The notes below the pieces were generated by a model. That model ran no database searches. It was not told where the DNA came from and saw only the letters and a list, made by a program, of their open reading frames with translations. Position numbers and translations under genes: made by a program. A stretch of DNA of 64,000 nucleotides from Phyllosticta citribraziliensis (lineage: Eukaryota), in assembly GCF_038025025.1 (NCBI RefSeq), contig NW_027117348.1, positions 1,054,001 through 1,118,000 of the forward strand, written 5' to 3'. Shown here piece after piece: positions 12,901 through 23,620 of this stretch (its first letter is position 1; the number at the start of each line of letters is the position of its first letter).

Positions 12901-13138
12901 CCAGGCCGCGACCGCGGACACCAGTGCCGGCGCCAACAAAGTCGCAAGCGCGGCCGACGCCCCGGCGTACGCGTACGCCCCGCCGTCCGCCAACAACCAG
13001 CCGCCCACGCCCAGCGCGGCGAGCGCGGCGGGCTCGACGCAGAGCGAGGAGGACCCCTTTCTGGTGTTTTTGCAGCAGTTGACGGATAATGAGGCGAGTA
13101 GGGGTGGGCCGAGCGATTTGGATTTCTTTTTGAGTTGA
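9977..13138 (+). CDS. Zn(II)2Cys6 transcription factor with fungal-specific TF domain (multi-exon)
   Basis: Spliced zinc cluster [28 protein letters not shown], then PKKRGPK and coiled coil [12 protein letters not shown]. Middle region [15 protein letters not shown]. Acidic C-terminus [12 protein letters not shown]. Several GT-AG introns. Confidence 0.9.
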
Positions 13139-13607
13139 GGTGGGAGGGGGGCGAGAGAAGGGGATGGAGAGGGGGAGAGGGGGAGGGAGGAAGAGAAGGG
13201 GAGGGGTACTGTATGATAAGATGATGTCTGAGGGGTGGTGGAGTTGGTTGATACCTATTTGCCTGGTTGCATTTCTGCACGATGAGTTGATCAAGAGATG
13301 CTTGGATCTAGCTGACTTGCCTTGCACGGGTGGGTGAGGCGGACGTGCTGTTTTGGATCTGTCTACCTTGCTTGTCTGCCACGGGCATTTTCTTTCCGTG
13401 TGGCATGTTTTTACCCTTGTGACTAGCGTGGCGATTGAGTCCTTGAAGTACCTCGCAGTATCGCATTATCCTCATAAGTAAGTGTCTGTATCAACGCCCC
13501 CTAGCTAAGTAATGTAGCATGTAGCAAGGTAGCAAAATCGTCAGGCAACCCATCCACCCATCCACTCAGCAAGCAAACCTTTACGCATAGATCCCTTTCA
13601 ACAGCCC

Positions 13608-14658
13608 TCACAAATCCCCCATGCCGCGAATCGTATCAGCCAGAAAGCGCTCCTGCCGGCGCTTCAACGCCTTCTCCGCCTCTAGCATCTCGTCGACACG
13701 GCCGTCGAACTCGTCTGCCGCTTCAATAACCTCTCGCTTCAGCCGCTCCACCACGGCGGCGTCGACCGCAGGAGTCTTGTCTTTGTTCGTTGCTGCCGTG
13801 CCGTTGGCGGTTTCGTATGCCATGCTCTGCAGGATACTCTTTGCCAGACTGTCAATCTCCGCCTGCACGCCGTCCCACTCTTTCTCGAGCCCGGCCAGCG
13901 TCTTCTCTTCGGCCGCGACGAGGCGGCGGAACGCTTCCATCGAGTCGCCGAGGCGCTTCTTCCCGGGGGTGGGGCTGTGCTCTGGTTCGACTTTGTAATA
14001 TACTACTTCGTTGGCGAGCGGGACTTTGAGATTGACGACTTCGAGGTTGTGAGCGTAGCAGAGATGTGCGAGGGTGGGTGTGCTGTCTTCGTTATCGTTG
14101 CCGTCGTCGGCGTCAATCTCGTCGTCATCCTCGTTGGACGCGGGGCTCGCAGCGAGGAAGGGTCTGGGAGCTGCGCGTTTGACGGGTGTGCTGGGCGCCC
14201 TTGGGCCGTCCTTGGTTTCGTCGAGGCGTGTGAGCATTCCCGCGCGCGCTGAGTGGAGCAGCGTTTCGGCGTCCGAGACGACCGTCTTGCGGTAGGCATT
14301 GGAGGCCTCTGCAGCTTGTGAGAAGTGAGCGTCCGAGAGAGACAAGAGGCAACTGACCATTGAACTCGAGCGACAGCGGATTGTGCACGTCATGCTTGGG
14401 CTTCACCCGGCGCTTGCGGACGCCCTGAGGCTTGCTCGTCAGGTCATGTTTTGTAGGTGAGAAGGACGTGAGGGTCGTGGCAGTAGAGAGTTTGGAAGGC
14501 TTGGGCTGGAAATTCCGTGTTCTGGCCGTGGCAGAGACCTTGGAAGTCTTTGGCTGGAAGTTCCTTGATCGAAAGAGAGCGGCAGTAGATGTGGTGTGCT
14601 TGTATTTCTTCTTGCTTCTGATGGGACAACGAACAAATGGGGCTCCGCTGGCCTCCAT
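13608..14658 (-). CDS. Hypothetical coiled-coil protein, one probable intron (~14318-14357)
   Basis: ORF 13608-14393 has helical/coiled-coil character. It joins an upstream basic exon (KPQGVRKRRVKPK) through a GTCAGT...CTCAC...AAG intron. Start uncertain. Confidence 0.55.
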
Positions 14659-14868
14659 GGTGTACAAGAATACCGGGCGGGGAGCGGTGTGAAGGAGGAT
14701 GACGAGGGAAGGTGAGGTGAGGTGGAGAAGAGTGGAAAAGGTGTGGAAAGTACGCGATACTTATACAAGGCAGCCGCGTTTTTTGGAGACGCCCAGCTTC
14801 AACCGATTAACTGTACAGAGGTATAAAGAATTAAAAACAGTCCCAGGCAGAGTCTTCATCAACTTGAG

Positions 14869-15473
14869 CTACTGGGGCTTCTGGTCATTCTCTTCTACCG
14901 GCTCCTCCGCCACCAGCACACCCTTCTTCTCCAGCATCTCCGACAGAGAACCGTCTTGGTGCATCGACATCAAAATGTCGCAACCACCAACAAACTCCTT
15001 GTCTACGTACAGCTGGGGGATGGTTGGCCACTCGGAGTATTCCTTGATTCCTGCGCCATTGTCAGAACGAGCCCTATGCAACCCAATCGCCAACGCGACA
15101 CGACGGTATATCTCACCTTGCCTCAGGTCGGCATCTTCCAGCACGTTGAATGCAATGAATTTGCTTGGATCCACACCCTGCATTCCGAGAATCTGGATGC
15201 TCGCTCTCGAGTAACCGCACTGCGGCATCTCCGGGGTGCCCTTCATGAACAACACAACAGGGGCTGCCGACACGGCTCGGTCTATGGCTGCGCGAGTGTC
15301 GTCGGAGAGGAAGCGGGCTTGGAGGGGAGCAAAGCGTGCATGCTGCAGTGGGTTGACAATTTGGCGCGAAGGTCGCACGGCGGCGCGAAAGACCTGCAAT
15401 TAATCAGCCTCGATTGAATTCAACAACTGCTGTGCGCGAATCTTACGCTGGAAAACGCGGTCCTGGAAAACAT
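14869..15473 (-). CDS. GRX5: Mitochondrial monothiol glutaredoxin (Grx5 type), 2 introns
   Basis: [43 protein letters not shown]; mitochondrial-type leader [19 protein letters not shown]. Confidence 0.92.
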
Positions 15474-15689
15474 TTTGGTCGTTGTGGGCAATGTTGTGGA
15501 GCTGGACAGGCGGCGGAGGTGGACGAAAGTTCGCCGCATCGACATGACGCTGCCATCGCGGCGCCGCTGACATATCCAAAACCGCCGACTCGCAGCTTCT
15601 CCCACCACCCACCATCCCAGCCAAAACGCCCAAGCTCTCGAAATGGACCCCTGCGAAGCTTACGACTGAGCTCCAAGCATCCCTCCCAC
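15474..15689. promoter_or_regulatory. Probable bidirectional promoter between divergent GRX5 and PPCDC genes
   Basis: Only ~216 bp separate the two divergent ATGs. Confidence 0.5.
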
Positions 15690-16448
15690 ATGTCTTTGGC
15701 AGAATCCTCGCGCAGCAAACCTCCCAGTGGCCCGCCGCTGAACGCGGCCGCTCTGCGCAATGACAACAAGACGCATCTCCTGCTCGCGGCCTCGGGCTCA
15801 GTCGCGACAATCAAGATTCCATTAGTCATCGACGCGCTGTCGAAATATCCCAATCTGTCCATCCGCCTTGTCCTGACGTCTTCCGCCGCTGCATTCCTCG
15901 CTGGCCAGTCTGCCGAACAGCCCAGTCTCGAAACCATCGCATCCATGCCCATCGTTGACGGCATCTACCTAGACGAGGACGAATGGAAAGAGCCTTGGGT
16001 GCGAGGGAACAATATTTTGCACATAGAACTGCGGCGATGGGCGGATTTGCTGGTCGTCGCGCCGCTGAGTGCGAATAGTCTGGCAAAGATGGTCAACGGC
16101 CTTTGCGACAATCTTTTGCTGTCAACCATTCGCGCATGGGATACTACCGGTACTGTCGATCCTGTGTCTGATGGGGTCGATGCCGAGGGTCAGACGGTCT
16201 TGCGACCGCGGAAGAAGACCATCATCGTCGCACCGGCCATGAATACTGCCATGTGGAATCACCCCATTACAACGAAGCAGATTGCCCTGTTGGAAGGCGA
16301 GTGGAACGTGAGAAACGACGGCTGGGTGGAGGTTCTGCGGCCAGTTGAAAAACGAATCGCATGTGGGGATACGGGAAGCGGTGGCATGAAGGAGTGGAAG
16401 GAGATTGTGGTTGTCATTGAGGAGAGGCTGGAGCTCCGGTCTGGCTGA
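15690..16448 (+). CDS. Phosphopantothenoylcysteine decarboxylase / HFCD flavoprotein (Hal3/Cab3 family)
   Basis: HLLLAASGSVATIKIP, LHIELRRWADLLVVAPLSANSLAK, APAMNTAMWNHP, IACGDTGSGGM; catalytic His and Cys motifs both present. Confidence 0.9.
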   Translation: MSLAESSRSKPPSGPPLNAAALRNDNKTHLLLAASGSVATIKIPLVIDALSKYPNLSIRLVLTSSAAAFLAGQSAEQPSLETIASMPIVDGIYLDEDEWKEPWVRGNNILHIELRRWADLLVVAPLSANSLAKMVNGLCDNLLLSTIRAWDTTGTVDPVSDGVDAEGQTVLRPRKKTIIVAPAMNTAMWNHPITTKQIALLEGEWNVRNDGWVEVLRPVEKRIACGDTGSGGMKEWKEIVVVIEERLELRSG

Positions 16449-17105
16449 ACAACTTCCACGCGTTGAGCCTGTCCCTCCGATCTGGTTTGCGAGGGATGCA
16501 GCCAACCCGAACCTAGGAGTGCTCCAAAGGTACTTTCCATATTGAAGTTGACAACAGACGACAGGTACTAATGATGATGCAGGAATGAGACATGCAGATC
16601 ATCGACCACTTCATTCGCTTCAAACCACAGCTTTTGAATTTTCCGTCGCGTTCTGAGTTGAGACAATGAGCCCCTTTTGACGCCTGAAGCTTTGGACGTT
16701 GTTCTTGAATATCAACATCAACCGACATTCGTGGAGTATGGAGTGGAGTGATCGTGCTTTATTCAGCCAAGAGCACAAACCTGTAATAGGAAATACTCTC
16801 GACACTCTTCATGTCTTACAAGGGCGATGGAGGTCAGCGGTGGGCACTTTCCGCAGACCGGCAGCAAATTTTATCTCCGCCAAGCAAACAACGACTGTGA
16901 AATGTCCAAAGATACTCTCGAATCTTGCCAAGTTGAGCATTACCGTGGTGTGAGATGATGCTGTGGCGCTGCGTTCAGGGATTATCTCGCCCACCGTTTC
17001 ACTACGACGCGCTGCAAGAGCCACAATAGCACATGTTCACCACCTCCTTCGCCGACGTCGGCACGTTACAACCACAAAAGAACCTGCAAATATTCCTTGC
17101 GCCTC

Positions 17106-19418
17106 ATGAATATTCGAAGATACTCGACGGGGGTCACAATCACCAATCCTCTTGTCCTTTACCGCGCTTTGTTGGCAACGAAGCGGATTCGACCCGATCC
17201 AGCCCAGCATCGCCTCGGTACGTCATTGCATGCCTCCATCTTATCTTGTGATGCTATCAGATCTTGGGGTTGACCACGAACAGCGATACACTTGCAAAAG
17301 CTCTATGACCGCTTGAAAGATTATGAGCCGACCGTCGAATACAGCCAACGCCTTCATCAGATCAGTCGGGCAATCAACGCCGGCCAGCCCCAACCCTCTC
17401 TCGCACAGGATCCGGGCACCTCGGGCTCGTCATGGCTCTGGTCAACGCTGCTCCCCCAGAAAGAGAAGAAGGACAGTCGAGCTTTGACAAGAGTCATTAC
17501 CAGCCATGAAGCAGCCATGGAGCTCGACTCGCCCAGGGGCTTGATGCTGCACGGCGAAGTCGGCACGGGGAAGAGCATGCTGATTGACCTCTTTGCGGAC
17601 TGTCTGCCGAACCAGAAAAAGAAGCGATTCCATTTCAACACGTTCATGCTCGAAACCTTTGCCAAGCTCGAACTTCTCCGCAAACAACGCGGCTCTGGGT
17701 TGATCAACGAAGACGACCACTCCCTCCTGATGCTGGCACGTGACATGATTCAGGCCTCCCCGATTCTGTTTCTCGACGAGTTCCAACTACCGGATCGAGC
17801 TGCTTCCAAAATCATGTCGACGCTTTTGACGAGTTTCTTTCATCTGGGAGGTGTCTTGATTGCTACCAGCAACCGTATGCCCGAGGAGCTGGCCAAAGCG
17901 GCAGGAATGGAGTTTACGCCACCCCCAACCCGAATGGACTCGCTTCGATGGCGATTCGGGATGCCCGAGCGGAGAGAGGGAAGCGAAAACATGTTTTCTG
18001 GGAGGGGAGATTTTGCTCCCTTTCTGGAAGTGCTCAAGGCAAGGTGTGAAGTGTGGGAAATGGACGGCGGCAAGGACTACAGGAGAAGCGAGTCCGAAGC
18101 AGCCATGGAGGGAAAATCGATTGGCTCGCAGATTGCTGAGGGTCTACCAGGATTCTCTCATTCTGGAGACCTGGCCGAGGACAATGTGTCAAAGGGCATG
18201 ATTCTGCCCAAGTACTACTTTGTCAAACCGTCTGCCGACGGGTCGGAGACAAACGAGTCCTGGTCAGAGAGCTTTATGGAAGCCGAGCAAGAGGCGGCAG
18301 GCCAGAGCTCGACTTGGTCACCCAGCACAATGCACGTCTACGGCCGCAAAGTGTCAATCCCACGGCAAAACAATGGCGTCGCATCGTGGACGTTTGCCGA
18401 GCTCTGCGGCAGTCAGCTTGGGCCTGCAGACTACATCACACTCGCCTCCCACTTTCATACCGTTGTGCTGACGGACGTACCGGTCCTCTCGCTACTGCAA
18501 AAGAATGAGGCACGACGCTTCATCACTCTCCTCGACGCTCTCTACGAAGCCCGCTGTAAGCTGCTCATTTCAGCTTCGGCCGGGCCAGACGACATTTTCT
18601 TCCCCGAAGCTCGAAAGCCTGCTTCCAAAGTTGTCAACGATAACCAAGTCGACTCGGACGCCGTCTACTCCGAGACCTTTTCCGACATTTACCAAGACGT
18701 GACGGCGCCTTTCCGTCCAAACATCTCGAGCTACGACCCTTCCAACCCAGACCCGTCGTACTCTGAGCCCGAGCCCGAGCCCGAGCCAGAACCCGAACCC
18801 GACTACACCCACGCCCGATATCAAGGAGTCCTGGCCGAAGACGCACTCGAAGACGCCCCACCCAACCGCGTGCGGCGTGGTCGGGGCCCCGGATTCGCCG
18901 GGACGTTCAGCGACGAGCGGCCGACGGAAATGCCAAACATGAGGCGGCGCACGGCATCGCCCGACTTTGCCAAGACGGTCGCGTTTACGGGCGAGGACGA
19001 GAAGTTTGCGTACAAGCGCGCGCGCAGCCGGCTGTGGGAGATGTGCGGCGCCAAGTGGTGGGCGCGCACCGAGGAAGGCTGGTGGCGGCCGCTGCCGCGC
19101 GAGGTGCGGCGATGGGAGGTGCCCGCGTCGGAGCGCGAGGCGTCTGGTGCGTCGGAAGCGCGCGATGCCAGTGACGTCGTCATGGGCGAGTCTAGAGATA
19201 TCGATGTAGAGAAGGATGAGGTTTTGTTTCGGCATGGCGCGAGTCCTTTTAGAACGGCGCAGGAGCCGCCCCCGAAGATTAATTGGACGCATTTCTGGGG
19301 GACCATGAGATGGGGCAAGAGGGCTGGCGCTTGGGGTCAGGGGCCGGATGGGTTAGAGGAGAGGAAAAAGGACAAGAGCTGCTCTCCAGAGGGATGTGGG
19401 TGTAAGAGCAAGGCATGA
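17106..19418 (+). CDS. AFG1-like (LACE1/ZapE family) mitochondrial ATPase, one 5' intron
   Basis: Walker A GLMLHGEVGTGKS, Walker B ILFLDEFQ, ATSNRMP, LGPADYITLA, NEARRFITLLDALYE. Exon 1 MNIRRYSTG...DPAQHRL precedes a GTACGT intron. Confidence 0.9.
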
Positions 19419-21547
19419 TGGATGTTTGTTCTGAGTCTTGCAGTCATTTTGGTTGGGAGATTTTGTTGGTTTGTAAGTGCTCAAAAGATTTCTTTGACTT
19501 TGCTGTAGGGCCTCCTTCGCAGTTGAAGCCAGGGACCGTCTAGAGCCATGGAAGAGTCGTGGGAGGAGACTGTTGCACGGTGGCAAGCGGCAACCAGTTG
19601 TCTCTCATCTTCCATGCCTTTCGAGTCTTGTTTCAGTGCAGATAATCGATCTTGTCATACGCATTGGATTCAGTCAATGTGACTTGCTCAAGTGGGCTCT
19701 TGCTTCTCTGTCAGCTTCGCTTCCAACTCCTGAAATGCATCTCGGGCTTTGAGCGTCTGCAGCGAAACGTCATGGCGAAAGTGTGGCCTTCAAATCGATC
19801 ATCACTCCGGCACTGCAGAGGCACCACAAATGCAAACAGAATTGGGAAACACGGAAGATCAACTCTTTCAATTGAGTTTAGCGTACATCTATTGGAATTG
19901 CCAACGTAATCACTTCCATCGCCATTGGGAACCAGAAAACTCCGTCTTCCAATTCACATGCTACTGATCCAGACTAAGCAAGTTCATTGATTGCGAAACA
20001 GTTGCGATGGAAATGTGGTCGGGGGTTTTTCAGACCCTTCTGTGACTGAATCAGACTTTGGACCAGGAAATCATCTGCTAGGGACCAGTGGCAGATGGGC
20101 GTTGGTAGACACTAATGTTTCCCTGGCTCCGCTGTGTCGGCTGGGCTGTGTGTACCAGAAAGTGTGTACTGCACGAGCCCCTGAGCCACTTGGGCGCAAA
20201 GTCCCTTCAGCCCTGTCGACCAAGTAGACTTTCTGGTACCCTGTGCTGCTTCTGGTTTCCTGTGCGGAGCGGGCCGATGCGTCCTTTTCCATATTTGCAA
20301 CGCCCCTCAGAAGCCTGTGATCAGTGACGCGCGGATGGACGACATGGTGGGAACTGAGGAGTCGACCAGTATCGAACGGTACATTCAAACGACAGCTTGA
20401 GGGATTGCACAGAAGCAGGTATCTCACAGACTTTAGCATGCTCAATCTGATACTGCTGCCTCTTGCGTGCACTTGCTGGCATTTCTTGTTCGTCTCGTTC
20501 AGTGATGCGCGAGATGTTGCTTCTACATGCATCTCTGACGACCAAGGGAAGGAAACTCCGCCACCTCGAAGAAGGTGGCACCATAACGACCCGATAGTTT
20601 CCATGACACGTCGAATCCAGGGACTTGCGTTGAGTACCGAAGAAGCTACACTTAACCCACTTGCTGACCCGCTGCCCCTGAAAGTAATGGATTCAGAAAG
20701 TATGGCACGAGCACATTTCGAGACCCTGGATGAAGCTACCAATTGTTCAGAGCAAGGGGTTGCGTTCTTGCACTGTTAGTTGCTGATGCGGTTGAGAAAC
20801 TCGGAAGTGTCGGTCGCCATGAGTCCATTGCATCTCACTCAACTGCGACCATGGATCGGCCAACCAAGAAAATATCTCGCCTAATTTGGATTGTGAGGCT
20901 TTCTGTCCAAGTTCTCAATGGCTGAACTCCGTCGAATGATGCTTGAGCGTTGGTGGTGGTCAAAATAAGCGTTTTTGAATAACATGTGAAGGGTCCTTTC
21001 AGGGTCCTTCCAGGGTCCCACCACAATGGCCATGGGTACTTTCCTTTGATATCCTGCGCATGGAAGACCACCTCTCCTGGTTTCCTACCGTGGATCAGGT
21101 CAAACGACTTCACATGATGGAGTCAGGATGAAGAAAGTGCTTCCGTCTCCATTGGCGCAGCTGCGGTCGTCTTCGCCATGCCGTGGTGCACAAAGCCAAT
21201 CAGCGACCCGACGCTGTTCGTCATCTTTGGTCCACCTGCAGTCCCTCGACACCGTCCAAACTCCAAGGGTCCCCGTCCCATGGAACATCCGACGCTTTCC
21301 CTTGGACCCGTATCAACCCAAGTCCCATCATGGCACATCTTCAGCACAATCGAGGTACGTATTGTCGGACCATGGAACGTGGATTCGAATGGCTGAACCC
21401 CTGCTTCAGCCAATGCCCCGACGGAGAACGATGTGATGATCCTAGCATCTCGAGGCCGGGAGAGGCTTAAGAAGCCGTTTCCCCCCTGCGCTGATCCTCT
21501 TCCTTTCTCCTCCACGCTTCGAGCCCAAATTGACACCATCACTCACA

Positions 21548-22342
21548 ATGTCTATCTCTTCTGGCTCGAAGTATCCCAACTCGCGACTTCGTCGCACGAA
21601 CCCTCCCGGAGCTGCGCCTGTCACTCAAAGCAGTTCCCCATCACTCTCTCCATCTTCCTCGTCCTCATCACTTTCCTCCTCTTCTTCCTCCTCTTCTTCC
21701 TCCAACACTTCCTCTTCTTCTTCCCCCGCGACTTCTCTCTCGTCCTCCGCACCTCCTACCCGAGAGTCTTGGCGTCCACAAGCCGCCTCACACCCTTCCA
21801 AGACTGTGGGCTCCTGGAGATCAGGCGGTCCTCTCCAACCCACCGACAAAAAGACCTCGTGGGCCAAGAAGGGCGCCATCGGTCACCTGCCCACGTACTC
21901 GGCAGATGACCACAAAGACTCGTGCCTCGCCAAAAAAATCGAGGGCGAGACCTTCAAGGTCGAGGGGTTCTTCAGCCATCCTGTCTTGATCTTGTCGGAC
22001 CCTGACGACAAGGGGAGGGTCAAAATCTTTCCGTTGACAACTTGGGGCGGCAAGTCCATCGAGGAAAAGTGGAAAGACATGGAGGACTCGAAGAAGGCCA
22101 AAAAGTTCAGTCACTTCTGCCAGATCGAACACCCAGGTGTCGAGGCCACGCTTCCCGAGTTGTCTCTGATGGATGGCGGCCGCATCCAGAGGCGCTCGTA
22201 CGTCAACATGGAGACGTGCTGGGAGGTCGAGGAGAGCATCCTCAACAAGTACCGAGGCAACAAAGGCGATTCGGTTCTCTTCGTCACCCCACGATCTTTC
22301 AAGATCGTCGAGAACTACGCCAACAGCAAGCAAATGTTGTAA
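21548..22342 (+). CDS. Island-1 paralogue A: Ser-rich N-terminus plus putative PemK/MazF-like domain
   Basis: HPVLILS...VKIFPLTTWGGKSIEEK...LSLMDGGRIQRRSYVN; motif set shared with five downstream ORFs. Confidence 0.75.
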   Translation: MSISSGSKYPNSRLRRTNPPGAAPVTQSSSPSLSPSSSSSSLSSSSSSSSSSNTSSSSSPATSLSSSAPPTRESWRPQAASHPSKTVGSWRSGGPLQPTDKKTSWAKKGAIGHLPTYSADDHKDSCLAKKIEGETFKVEGFFSHPVLILSDPDDKGRVKIFPLTTWGGKSIEEKWKDMEDSKKAKKFSHFCQIEHPGVEATLPELSLMDGGRIQRRSYVNMETCWEVEESILNKYRGNKGDSVLFVTPRSFKIVENYANSKQML

Positions 22343-22524
22343 CTCTCGTGCTCTCCTCGACCCCTTGAAGCTTGCCAGGGTGGGCGATCTCTCTCGCGGC
22401 CTCTGCCTGACAATCGGTCATCTGCTGCGTACCAACAGTCAAAACGGACGCATGCAACAATGGCAGGGGTCGCAATCAAAGAAGTGCTCTCTTCTCCGGT
22501 GGAAGGACGCCAAAAAGGACGAAG

Positions 22525-22995
22525 AAGTCTCTCCCGGGAGTCACGAAAACACCCCCTCCTCTCTCTCTCCCGGCCCGACACACCGGCGACATTTTCTCGG
22601 CGAGGGACCGAAAAACAACCCTCCTCCCCTGACTCTCCCGGCCCAACACACCGGACGACATCTTTCTCGGTGAGGGACCGAAAAACAACCCTCTTCCTCC
22701 TCCTCTCCAGGCCAGACACACCGGACACCTCGGGCGTGGGATCGCCAAACAAACCCATTCACCTCAACCCCTTTCCTCCTCCTCTCCTCTCGGCGTGGGA
22801 TCGCCAAAGATCCCCATTCACCACTTCCTGGATCGAAACACCGACCGGAAGACATCGACCCTCCTCTTCTCTCGGCGTGGGATCGCCACAAAAACCCTCG
22901 TCACCACTCTCGATGGACGACCTCCGGCGGCACGACACTCGTCGACCGACCCCTTCAGGACCCTGGCTCTGGACCGCCGGAAACACCACCCCCTT
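22525..22995. repeat. Imperfect tandem repeat, ~6-7 units of ~60-80 bp
   Basis: Recurring CTCGG(C/T)G(A/T)GGGA(C/T)CG...AAA...CCC and GACACACCGG cores at ~22596, 22666, 22729, 22789, 22871. Confidence 0.8.
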
Positions 22996-23054
22996 TTGAG
23001 TTTTTCGATGTTTTGCACACCTGTATTCTGTCTTGTTTTGTTTGTCTTGAACGT

Positions 23055-23620
23055 TTTTGCGTGTTTTTTTGCGGATTCAGACTTGCTTCCACTACTCTTG
23101 CGTTTTTTGCGGATTCAGCTTTGCTTCGACTCTTCATTTGCTTTATGCGGATTCAGATTGTCTTCAACTCTTTGCGTGTATTTTTGCGGAATCATGTGGG
23201 CTTCCCCTTCGAGTGTTTTTTTGCAAATCAGATTGGCTTCTCCTTCATGTGCTTTGTGCGGATTCAGATTGGCTTCCCCTTCAGGTGTTTTTTGCGATTC
23301 ATGTTGGCTTCCCCTTCATGTGTTTTTTGAGACTCAGATTGGCTTCGACCCTTTGCGTGTTTCTTGCGGACTCAGATTGTCTTCCACTCTTTGCTTTTTT
23401 TCACGGGTTCAGATTGGCTTCGACCCTTCGCTTGTTTGTAGCGGACTCAAATTGGCTTCGACTCCCCGCATGTTTCTCGCAGACTCAGATTGATATCAAC
23501 TCTCCGTGTGTTTTTTTGCGGATCAGATTGGCTCAAATCTTCGCGTTTTTGTTTTCAGGGGTTCAGATTGGCTTCAACCCTTCGCTTTTTTGTCGCAGAC
23601 TCAGATTGGCGTCGACTGCG
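23055..23620. repeat. Tandem array, 15 units of 35-39 bp; consensus ~GCGGA(T/C)TCAGATTGGCTTC(G/C)AC(C/T)CTT(C/T)GCGTGTTTTTT
   Basis: Unit starts counted at 23071, 23109, 23147, 23186, 23223, 23258, 23294, 23329, 23366, 23403, 23441, 23479, 23518, 23557, 23595. Confidence 0.92.

Noticed and set aside
18764..18800. (GAGCCC)n hexamer repeat
   Set aside because: Ordinary in-frame Glu-Pro coding microsatellite inside the AFG1-like gene.
19950..21450. Possible spliced gene(s) upstream of paralogue A
   Set aside because: Short ORFs on both strands without consistent splice joins or motifs.
23055..23620. CRISPR array
   Set aside because: Inter-core segments are homologous to each other rather than unique spacers, the period (~37 nt) is too short for repeat plus spacer, no cas genes are present, and the context is eukaryotic.
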